Of a stretch of 64,000 nucleotides of DNA, positions 56,776-64,000 are shown one piece after another. A program made the position numbers and the translations under genes. Source of the DNA: Trueperaceae bacterium (lineage in GTDB: Bacteria > Deinococcota > Deinococci > Deinococcales > Trueperaceae); assembly GCA_965213925.1 (NCBI GenBank), contig OZ243927.1, positions 128,001 through 192,000 on the forward strand. The letters are read 5' to 3'. Below the pieces are notes generated by a model. The model saw only the letters and a list, made by a program, of their open reading frames with translations, had not been told where the DNA came from and searched no databases. Numbering within the stretch: position 1 is the stretch's first letter; each line of letters opens with the position of its first letter.

Positions 56776-57008
56776 ACGTAAATCCTCAACCACACCACAG
56801 CCTGTAAGAACCTAGCTAACACCATAGATGAGGTCATAGACGACCACACCCCCTCCTCATCACCAAAGGCAGCGACAAGGCTGTGGTCATGATGAGCTTG
56901 GACGACTAGAACGCTTGGCAAGAGACGATGCTCTTGCTGCGCAGCCCCGCCAACGCCGAACGCCTCTTAGAAGCGACTCGAGACTTTGAGAAGAGAAAAT
57001 CTAACTGA
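56776..57008 (+). pseudogene. yefM: Decayed Phd/YefM antitoxin
   Basis: ACG instead of ATG, TAA at codon 2, a frameshift and an internal TAG; reads KNLANTIDEVIDDH...AVVMMSLDD*NAWQETMLLLRSPANAERLLEA. Confidence 0.8.
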
Positions 57009-57012
57009 GCTG

Positions 57013-57045
57013 CATATCGTGGCGTTGCGGTATCACGACTCGAGC
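57013..57045 (+). repeat. Array repeat copy 1 (yoeB 3' tail ending CTCGAGC)
   Basis: CATATCGTGGCGTTGCGGTATCACGACTCGAGC. Confidence 0.9.
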
Positions 57046-57089
57046 TAATGACCTCTTCCGTCTGATGTTTTATGCGCTAGAATACCCAC

Positions 57090-57326
57090 GTGCCTACGGT
57101 CTTACGCATCGGACCCTACAGATTTTTCTTCTACGCGAACGAAAATGACGAACCTGCTCATATCCACATTCAGCGAGACCGTGCCCTAGCGAAGTTTTGG
57201 CTTAGACCTGTTTCGTATGCTAGCAGTACGGGTTTCTCAGCTCGCGAGTTGTCCAAATTGCGTAAACTTGTAGAGGAGAACCGAACGACCCTCGAGGAGA
57301 CTTGGAATGACTTCTTTAGCCGCTAA
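57090..57326 (+). CDS. DUF4160 family protein (TA-like)
   Basis: MPTVLRIGPYRFFFY.NE..EP.HIH...AKFWL.P. Confidence 0.85.
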   Translation: MPTVLRIGPYRFFFYANENDEPAHIHIQRDRALAKFWLRPVSYASSTGFSARELSKLRKLVEENRTTLEETWNDFFSR

Positions 57327-57573
57327 TCTTGTCCTTGCTGACGCTGTCGAATGTACAGACGACGAAATTATCGTTTCTTTATCCGATGGGCGTAGCTTGT
57401 CTGTTCCTATCGTCTGGTTTCCCCGCTTAGCGAACGCGAGCCCTGCGGAGCGTGCCGATTATGAACTTTTAGGTCGCGGCGAGGGTATCCACTGGGCGCA
57501 GGTGGATGAAGATATCTCAGTCGCTGGACTTTTAGCGGGCAAGCCTTCCGTTGAGTTTAGGCAGAGCAACTAG
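57307..57573 (+). CDS. DUF2442 family protein (partner of DUF4160)
   Basis: LSDGRSLSVP..WFPRL, GIHW..DEDISV. Confidence 0.85.
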   Translation: MTSLAANLVLADAVECTDDEIIVSLSDGRSLSVPIVWFPRLANASPAERADYELLGRGEGIHWAQVDEDISVAGLLAGKPSVEFRQSN

Positions 57574-57601
57574 ATTTGCCGTGTTCGAGGAGATAAGCTC
57601 G

Positions 57602-57634
57602 CGTACTGTGGCGTTGCGGTATCACGACTCGAGC
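57602..57634 (+). repeat. Array repeat copy 2
   Basis: 30/33 identical to copy 1; weaker yoeB similarity extends back to 57574, directly after the DUF2442 stop. Confidence 0.9.
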
Positions 57635-57774
57635 CGACCTCCGTTCGCAAAAGATGGTGTAGAACACTTTATGGGTTTCTCGAGTAGATAGCAGAAGGTT
57701 TCTCGAGCCCCTATAAGTGCGTAACTCTCATCTGCATACGGCGTATTCGAGACTCTTGTAGAATCAAAGAACAG

Positions 57775-59478
57775 ATGGCAACGGTTCTTCTCAACACAAG
57801 TACGGCTACCTTGAATGAACTCATCAGCAACGGGCGCGTGTTTAGGGTTCCGCCGTTCCAGCGTGACTACTCTTGGACAGAAGAAGAGTGGGAGGACTTA
57901 TGGCTTGATATTCTGGAGGTGTCAAGGGAGGAAGAGCCTTTTCACTATATGGGCTATGTGGTTTTGCAAAGCGACGGCAGTCGCAACCTCACGATTATTG
58001 ATGGACAGCAGCGAATTACAACGCTCAGTATTTTAGTGTTAGCGGTTATCAAATTGTTGGAAGATTGGGCAGAAGAAGGGGTGTTGCCAGAGGAAAATAG
58101 GTAGCGCCAAAAGCTTTTGAGAGATAGATTTATCGGTCAAACTGACCCCTCTTCGCTCATCTCTGTCAGCAAACTCTTTCTTAACCGAAACAACGATGAC
58201 TTCTATAAAAGCCGACTGTTACGCCTGCGCCCACCTAACAATATACGGAAGCTCAAGCCCTCGCAAAAGCTGCTTTGGGGAGCATTCGAGTATTTCTATA
58301 GACAGCTTAAAGATAGGTTTAAGGACCAGAAAGATGGTGCTGCGCTCACACGATTTCTGAACGAGACGGTTGCGGATAACCTCTTATTTACTACAATTAC
58401 GGTTGCCGATGACCTCAACGCTTATAAAGTTTTCGAAACTTTGAATGCCAGGGGTGTACGCCTTTCGACAACAGACCTTCTCAAAAATTTTCTCTTCTCT
58501 ATTGCCGCTAAAGGGGGCGAAGCAGAGCTTGATGAGGCAGAGAGGCAGTGGCAAAGTATCAATGATAGCCTAAGCGCAAGAGATTTCCCTACATTTTTAC
58601 GTTACTACTGGAACTCGAAACATTCCTTTCAGCGGAAGCAAACACTTTTTAAGGCTATAAAGTCAACGATTACGACCTCAGAGGGCGTTTTTAGCCTCAA
58701 CGATTTAGAAGACCTCGTGGAAGTCTACGCCGCGCTATCTCAACCTGCTGATGACCTTTGGGAGAAAGAGCAAGTCAAGTGGATAGACGCGCTTTCTCTT
58801 TTCAAGGTTAAGCAGTGCTATCCGCTTCTTCTTGCTGCATATAGAAAGCTTGATGCCCAAGAATTTACTAAACTACTAAGGTTATGCGTTGCTATCTCTT
58901 TTCGTTACAATGTTATCAGTGGATTGAATCCAAATACTCTCGAGGATGTCTATCATAGAGCAGCGATTAAGGTAAACTCTGGTCAAGTATCAAATGCTAT
59001 AGGCGTTTCTACGGAACTTAGAACAATCTATATAGATGACGAGCGATTCAAAAGCGCTTTTTCGCTAAAGACTCTACCTGTACAACGTAACCGGAAGCTT
59101 GTGCGTTACATCCTTTTCGAGCTTGAAAATCAGCTTGCTACGGCAGGGTACGACTATAAAGAAGATACTAAAGCGACTATAGAGCATATCTTACCCGAGA
59201 ATGCTCCCGAAGCGTGGGATACCTTTTTCTCACCAGAAGAGCAAGATAAAGCAACGGAAAGGTTGGGCAACCTCACTCTGCTTGAAGCACAGAAAAACAA
59301 GGAATGTGCTGACAAACTCTATGAGCAAAAACTGCCTATTTACGAAACAAGCATCTATAAGCTGACAAGCGAAAGAAGCACTTTTAGCGAATGGACACCA
59401 ACAACTTTGAAGAGCAGGCAAGAGAGATTAGCTGACTTAGCTGCAACGGTTTGGAAATCTCCCTTCAATACAAGATGA
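57775..59478 (+). pseudogene. GmrSD-like type IV restriction enzyme (DUF262 + DUF1524/HNH) with an in-frame TAG at 58102-58104
   Basis: VPPFQRDYSW, IIDGQQR, FETLNARG, TIEHILP, LGNLTLL; both ORFs in the same frame. Confidence 0.85.
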
Positions 59479-59631
59479 GCGTCCCCATACGAGGGGCTAG
59501 GCAAACCCGAAGCGCTCAAACACAACCTCTCCGGCTGGTGGTCACGGCGCATCACAGACGAACACCGGATGGTTTACCGCGTTCAAGGGGATGAATTTCA
59601 TATCGTGGCGTTGCAGTATCATGACTCGAGC
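59479..59631 (+). pseudogene. yoeB: 3' half of a Txe/YoeB toxin, ending in array repeat copy 3 (59599-59631)
   Basis: SPYEGLGKPEALKHNLSGWWSRRITDEHRMVYRVQGDEFHIVALQYH; repeat 31/33 identical to copy 1. Confidence 0.85.
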
Positions 59632-59686
59632 CAACCCTCAAACCTAGCTCGAGTCCACACTTCAAAAGTTTTCAGCCCTATTCGCC

Positions 59687-59869
59687 CTAAAAGTCGAAGT
59701 CTATCTCTTCGCCAGTATCCTCTAAAGACGCTAGAATCTCCGCGCTGACCTCATGACGCTCCCACCATGCCGTAACCTCATCATCTGACATGAGGTCGAA
59801 GTTCGGCAAATCTTCAGGGTCGGTGATGACCTTGTGGTGCGTATCGCGGCGGTTGAGAACGTCACTCAT
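59687..59869 (-). CDS. Short antitoxin-like partner of the BrnT-like toxin, apparently lacking a DNA-binding C-terminus
   Basis: LPNF...DEVTAWWERH motif; ATGA overlap with the toxin. Confidence 0.5.
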   Translation of the reverse strand: MSDVLNRRDTHHKVITDPEDLPNFDLMSDDEVTAWWERHEVSAEILASLEDTGEEIDFDF

Positions 59870-60153
59870 TGTTGTCTATTATAGCTGATTCGGTCTTGCT
59901 TGAACGCATCGAGTGAGGTCTTGAGGTAGGCTGACCCATCCGATTTGTGGATAACGATAGACCTCAAAAGCCTATCTGTGTAGGTCAGTCCTATATACAA
60001 GTAGGTAATCTCTTTCGCCTTACGGTTGCGTTTAACGAGGAAGCGGCGCAGGTTGGGATCATCTAGCGCCTCGCGAACCTCATCAGGTAGAACGCGGTGC
60101 TTCGTCCAAATTTTATCTTCAATGCTCGGCGCAATCGTCAGTTCGAACGGCAC
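59866..60153 (-). CDS. BrnT-like toxin
   Basis: KI..KH.V..DEVREAL...Y.YIG.T...RLL..I pattern. Confidence 0.6.
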   Translation of the reverse strand: MPFELTIAPSIEDKIWTKHRVLPDEVREALDDPNLRRFLVKRNRKAKEITYLYIGLTYTDRLLRSIVIHKSDGSAYLKTSLDAFKQDRISYNRQQ

Positions 60154-60218
60154 GGTTTAGACATACCATGTGCTGCGCGGCTCTGACAATCTTGAATGCT
60201 TGCTCGAGACCGTCAGGA

Positions 60219-60251
60219 ATTTCCGCTGCTTTGCGCGATTACGACTCGAGC
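60219..60251 (+). repeat. Array repeat copy 4 (degenerate)
   Basis: ...GCTTTGCGCGATTACGACTCGAGC; 23/33 to copy 1, last 11 nt identical. Confidence 0.7.
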
Positions 60252-60285
60252 CAATCCCTCCAACCCTCAGTGCTACAATGTCCCT

Positions 60286-60519
60286 ATGCAAAAACCGCTT
60301 GACACCCTTACGAGTGACGCGCTAACGCTCCCGGAAGACCAGCGTCTCACGCTTGCCCACCGTTTGCTGAGCAGCCTCGAGCCACAAGAAGCTAAAGAGG
60401 TTGAAGCGGCGTGGGACGCTGAGATTAGGCGTCGCACTCGGGCTTACGACGGAGGAGATGTGCAGAGTCTTTCTGCCTCTCAGGTCTTTCAAGAGGTGGA
60501 TGAACGCTTAGCCAAATGA
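60286..60519 (+). CDS. Addiction module antitoxin (TIGR02574-like)
   Basis: ALTLPEDQR..LAHRLL.SL...VEAAWDAEIRRR; ATG at 60286 is 6 nt after TACAAT. Confidence 0.82.
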   Translation: MQKPLDTLTSDALTLPEDQRLTLAHRLLSSLEPQEAKEVEAAWDAEIRRRTRAYDGGDVQSLSASQVFQEVDERLAK

Positions 60520-60810
60520 CGCCCCAAGTTCCTAGGCGAAGCGCGAGATGAATTTTTAGAGGCTGCAACCTGTTACGAGGAGAAAGAGGCAGGGCTCGGC
60601 GTCCGGTTTCGAGATGAGGTGGTCAGGGTCTGTGCGAGCATCCTCGCAGACCCGCTACTCTGGCGCGAACGTGAAGGCGGTTATCGGCGAGTCAACTGTC
60701 CAGTTTTCCCTTTTCATGTCGCTTATTTCATTCGTGAAGAGCGTGTCATCGTCGCCGCTATAGCGCATGGTCATCGCAAGCCGAACTATTGGCGAGAACG
60801 GCTTGAGTAA
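60516..60810 (+). pseudogene. RelE/ParE toxin with a +1 frameshift in a C run at 60522-60525
   Basis: ATG at 60516 is out of frame with KFLGEARDEF..A..YE...GLG.RF...FPF...IAHGHRKPNYW. Confidence 0.78.
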
Positions 60811-60811
60811 A

Positions 60812-60844
60812 GATATTGTAGCGTTGCGCTATCATTACTCGAGC
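60812..60844 (+). repeat. Array repeat copy 5
   Basis: GATATTGTAGCGTTGCGCTATCATTACTCGAGC; 27/33 to copy 1; translates DIVALRYHY. Confidence 0.85.
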
Positions 60845-60878
60845 TAACTATCAAATCCCTGCGTGCTAAAATTTAATG

Positions 60879-61087
60879 ATGACACGCGAAGAGGTCTACC
60901 ACACCGACCCTGAGACTTTAGGCGGCACGCCCGTCTTTATAGGGATACGTGTGCCGGTCCAGACCTTGCTCGATTACCTCGAGGGCGGCGACACCCTGGA
61001 TGATTCTTGGACGGTTTTCCCGGTGTGAGCCGTGAGCAGGCGGTCTCTTTTCTCGAGCTGGCAAAGGACGCTCTCTTAGCGGCGTGA
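60879..61087 (+). pseudogene. DUF433 antitoxin-like gene with a 1-bp deletion near 61005
   Basis: TDPETLGGTPVF.G.RVPVQTLLDYLEGG.TLDD(shift)FLDGFPGVSREQA. Confidence 0.8.
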
Positions 61088-61254
61088 AAGAGATGTTGTA
61101 GGGCGAAACTGTAGACCGGAAGACGCAACGCTTGTTTTGGTTTATTTTTCATGGGACAACAGCAAGCATAGAAGCGTGGCGAGACACTTCTTATACGAAA
61201 TTGCACAGTTTACTTACCCTAGCTGAGGGCGTTAGAGCTTACCATCATAGATGG

Positions 61255-61295
61255 GCACGGCTTAGTTTTGCAAACTAAGCCGTGCAACCTCGTAT
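61255..61295. repeat. Palindromic repeat with a degenerate copy near 662-703
   Basis: GCACGGCTTAGTTT-TGC-AAACTAAGCCGTGC; 61275-61295 matches 683-703 at 20/21. Confidence 0.75.
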
Positions 61296-61296
61296 T

Positions 61297-61430
61297 ATAC
61301 CCTTTCCGGTTAAATACGAAATTTATCTCGTATTTAACCCGAGCGAATGCGAGTAGAAACCGCTACGGATTCCGGTGAGTAACGGAAAAATGCGGATGCA
61401 TTTTGTAGTGGATTCATCCGGAATCCGTAT
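61297..61430. repeat. Deinococcus SRE/SNR-like small structured repeat
   Basis: TACGGATTCCGG / CCGGAATCCGTA 12-bp IR; internal GGTTAAATACGA / TCGTATTTAACC hairpin; CCGAGCGAATGCGAGTAG core. Confidence 0.6.
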
Positions 61431-61469
61431 TAGCCGTCAACTTGTAGCGGAGAGCGTTTCCGCACATTA

Positions 61470-61504
61470 AGGAAGCCCCGCTCGAGCCTCGAGCGGGGCT
61501 TCCT
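61470..61504. terminator. Strong hairpin downstream of rpsA
   Basis: AGGAAGCCCCGCTCGAG-C-CTCGAGCGGGGCTTCCT, a perfect 17-bp IR. Confidence 0.7.
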
Positions 61505-61600
61505 GTTACTTGGCTTGTTGCACGCAACTGTTATCTCACAATATGCGTACCGGTCAAGGGTTTGCTCAGTTTAGCGCGTCCATGACCAGGAATACCTCAT

Positions 61601-63973
61601 CTACGCCTCAGAGGTCTCTCTTTCGGCTTCTTCTTGCGAATCCTGCTCGCCTTGCTCTTGCTGCGCCGGACGCCGCCCTTGTCGGAAAGCGGCGGTCAGC
61701 ATCGCAGCGGCTTCGGCGGCGTCGATAGCGTTCTCGGGGTCTTCGGACTCTCCGGAAGAGGTCTGCTCAGCTTGCGGCGCGGCTTGTTGCGCGGCTTGTT
61801 GCGCGGGCTCTTGCGCGGGTTCTTGCGCTTCGGTCTCCTGGGTGTCAGCTTGCGCGGGAACTTGCGCTTCTAATTCCTGCTCGCTCACCTCGGCGACCTC
61901 TTCGACCTCGGCGGTCAAGGGTTCACTGCTCGGCTGCGTATCGGGCATGGAGGTCTGCTCTTGTGCCTGCGGACCTTCCTCGCTCTTCTGCTCTTCGGAG
62001 CCACCCGTATCCCCTAAGCCAAACTGCGCGAAGAGGTCGGCGTAGACGTCACCCAACTTGGTGGTGGTCTTCGCGCCCGAATCAGAGGCGGCGTAGGAGT
62101 AGTCGTAGTCGATGCCCTGGCTGCGGCGGCCGCCCCGGCGACCTTTACGTCCGCCGCCACGGTTGGAAGGTGCGCCCGAGGGTGCGCCCATGCCCATGTC
62201 ATCGCCTGCGGAGTAGGGTAGGAGGCGCTTGCGCGACAAGGACGCGCGCTGCTCGATGGGGTCGATGTTGAGGATAACGGCGGTGACTTCGTCGCCTCGG
62301 CTGAAGTGCTGCGAGACGTCTTCGATGTGCTCGTGGGCTAGCTCGCTGATGTGAACCAAACCTTCGATGCCCTCTTCGATCTCCATGAAGACACCGAACT
62401 CGGTCATACCTGTGATGGGTCCGGTGATCTCGGTGCCGGGCGGGAAGCGGTCGGGCAGGCTGCTCCAGGGGTCGGGCTGCGTCTGGCGCAGACCTAAGGA
62501 GATGCGCTGCTGGGCGACGTCGATTTTGAGGATCATCGCCTCGACGTCTTGACCTTCTTCCAAAACCTCTTTCGGATGGCGGATGCGCTTCGTCCAGCTC
62601 ATTTCAGAAACGTGGATAAGCCCCTCTAAGCCAGACTCGATCTCGACAAACGCGCCGAACGGGGTGAGGTTCGTGACCTTACCCTCGACCTTTTGACCGA
62701 TGCTGAAGTTCGCTAGCACATTCTCCCAGGGGTCGGCGCGGAGGGACTTCATAGACAGGTTAATGCGCTCGCGCTCTAGGTCCATATCTAAAACTTCGAC
62801 GCGGACCTTCTGACCGACTTCTAAAACCTCTTTAGGGTGGTTGAAGCGTCCGTAGGAGATTTCGCTGCGGTGGACTAAACCGTCGATACCGCCCAGGTTG
62901 ACGAACGCGCCGAAGTCGGTGATTTCAACGACTTCACCCTCGAGCTTCGCGCCCGGCTCCAACTTGCGGAGCGTCTCCTCTTTTTGCCCCGCGACCTCTT
63001 CTTCGATGATGCTGCGGCGCGAGATGATGACGCGGTTGCGCTTGCGGTTGAGTTCGATGATGCGCACTTTGAGGCGCTTGCCGACGTAAGGCGCGAGGTC
63101 GTTGACGCGGCGCACATCCACCTGGCTCGCGGGCAAGAACGCGCGCACGCCTAAATTCGCGACCAAACCGCCGCGCACCTTTTCGACGATTTCGACCTCG
63201 ACGGGCATCCCTTTGTCGTAAATATCTTGCAAGAGGTTCCAGGCGCGTTCTTGGTCGGCGCGTTTCTTGGACAAGATAATCGTGTTGTTCGGAATGTCCA
63301 CACGAATAGCGTAGACTTGCAGCTCATCACCGGGCTTGAAGTACTTGGCGGCCTCTTCGGCGTTGGCTTCGAATTCGAAGAGCTGATTGTAGGGAACCAG
63401 ACCCTCGATCTTCGCGCCGACGTCCACGACGAGACCGTCTTGCGACAACATGATGACGGTGCCCGTGGTGAGCGTGCCCCTATGGATGGGCTTGCGGGCG
63501 AGCTGCTCGTCACTAGCCGCCATAACCTCTTCCATCGTCATGTTGTTGCCGCTGTCGTCGGCGCTGTCAGCACTGTCCGCCACGCTTGCGATCTGCTCGG
63601 TGGCGTCGGCGACCCCTTCAGACGTTTCAGAGGTCACAGCGTTCTCGCCCTCTGCTGAGGTTCGAGGTGCGGCGTCGCTCGTTATCCGAACGCTTCCGGT
63701 ATCTGCGTCGGCTTGGCGGCTCGTTTCGGCTACATTTTGAGTCGTGTCGTCTTGAGCTGCACTGTCTTGAGCTGCACTGTCTTGAGCTGCACTGTCTTGG
63801 GCTGCACTGTCTTGAGCCACATCGCTAGAGGTTTCTACGGGAGCCACTGCCTCGCTTACACCCTGCTCAGCATCCGCAGATGGGGTCTGTTCAGAACGTT
63901 CGCTCGTGGCTTGGTCGGTGGTGGAGACGCCTTCTAGGGTGTTGTCTCCAGCCTGGTTTAATTTATCGTCCAT
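61601..63973 (-). CDS. rpsA: 30S ribosomal protein S1 with long acidic extensions
   Basis: Five S1 domains ([33 protein letters not shown] etc.); AGGAGG RBS. Confidence 0.95.
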   Translation of the reverse strand: MDDKLNQAGDNTLEGVSTTDQATSERSEQTPSADAEQGVSEAVAPVETSSDVAQDSAAQDSAAQDSAAQDSAAQDDTTQNVAETSRQADADTGSVRITSDAAPRTSAEGENAVTSETSEGVADATEQIASVADSADSADDSGNNMTMEEVMAASDEQLARKPIHRGTLTTGTVIMLSQDGLVVDVGAKIEGLVPYNQLFEFEANAEEAAKYFKPGDELQVYAIRVDIPNNTIILSKKRADQERAWNLLQDIYDKGMPVEVEIVEKVRGGLVANLGVRAFLPASQVDVRRVNDLAPYVGKRLKVRIIELNRKRNRVIISRRSIIEEEVAGQKEETLRKLEPGAKLEGEVVEITDFGAFVNLGGIDGLVHRSEISYGRFNHPKEVLEVGQKVRVEVLDMDLERERINLSMKSLRADPWENVLANFSIGQKVEGKVTNLTPFGAFVEIESGLEGLIHVSEMSWTKRIRHPKEVLEEGQDVEAMILKIDVAQQRISLGLRQTQPDPWSSLPDRFPPGTEITGPITGMTEFGVFMEIEEGIEGLVHISELAHEHIEDVSQHFSRGDEVTAVILNIDPIEQRASLSRKRLLPYSAGDDMGMGAPSGAPSNRGGGRKGRRGGRRSQGIDYDYSYAASDSGAKTTTKLGDVYADLFAQFGLGDTGGSEEQKSEEGPQAQEQTSMPDTQPSSEPLTAEVEEVAEVSEQELEAQVPAQADTQETEAQEPAQEPAQQAAQQAAPQAEQTSSGESEDPENAIDAAEAAAMLTAAFRQGRRPAQQEQGEQDSQEEAERETSEA
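63749..63817. repeat. 15-bp tandem repeat encoding (QDSAA)n in rpsA
   Basis: GTCTTGAGCTGCACT, about 4.6 copies. Confidence 0.9.
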
Positions 63974-64000
63974 TATATGGGGTTTCCTCCTTGCCTGGTA

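Noticed and set aside
58102..58104. Pyrrolysine or programmed readthrough of the GmrSD TAG
   Set aside because: No supporting genes or structure are visible; neighbouring pseudogenes make simple nonsense decay more likely.
57013..60844. CRISPR array interpretation of the 33-bp repeats
   Set aside because: The intervening segments are 0.6-2 kb genes rather than 30-40 bp spacers, the repeat is yoeB coding sequence, and no cas genes are present.
56776..61100. Classical integron with attC sites
   Set aside because: No IntI gene in the window, and the repeats lack the RYYYAAC...GTTRRRY boxes and long bottom-strand hairpin of attC.
61088..61110. Possible sixth array repeat after DUF433 (AGATGTTGTAG)
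   Set aside because: Only about 10 nt resemble copy 5 and the CTCGAG core is absent.

Overview
GC-rich bacterial chromosomal window, most likely Deinococcota (Truepera-like). This is inferred from the 5-domain rpsA, nurA-herA, many apparently leaderless genes and a Deinococcus-type repeat. Most of it is housekeeping or metabolic: aroA (partial), a large LRR/CSLREA lipoprotein, a TetR-controlled monooxygenase/hydrolase cluster, dgt, GH13 enzymes, a formate dehydrogenase operon (fdhA frameshifted), moaA, a DTE xanthorhodopsin-like rhodopsin, a GGDEF-EAL protein, metX plus two metY-type genes behind a SAM-I riboswitch, a decayed KDG/IS5 patch, hpf, a sugar ABC transporter, ruvB, MATE, nurA-herA and rpsA. 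The most unusual feature lies between herA and rpsA (about 55.8-61.1 kb). It is a tandem array of toxin-antitoxin and restriction cassettes, each preceded by a copy of a ~33-bp repeat that is the 3' tail of a yoeB gene ending in CTCGAG. CTCGAG is itself strongly over-represented in the window, like a HIP1-type palindrome. No recombinase is visible. A second, unassigned structured RNA candidate lies between the SAM-I riboswitch and metY. All calls come from reading the sequence by eye; no database searches were run.
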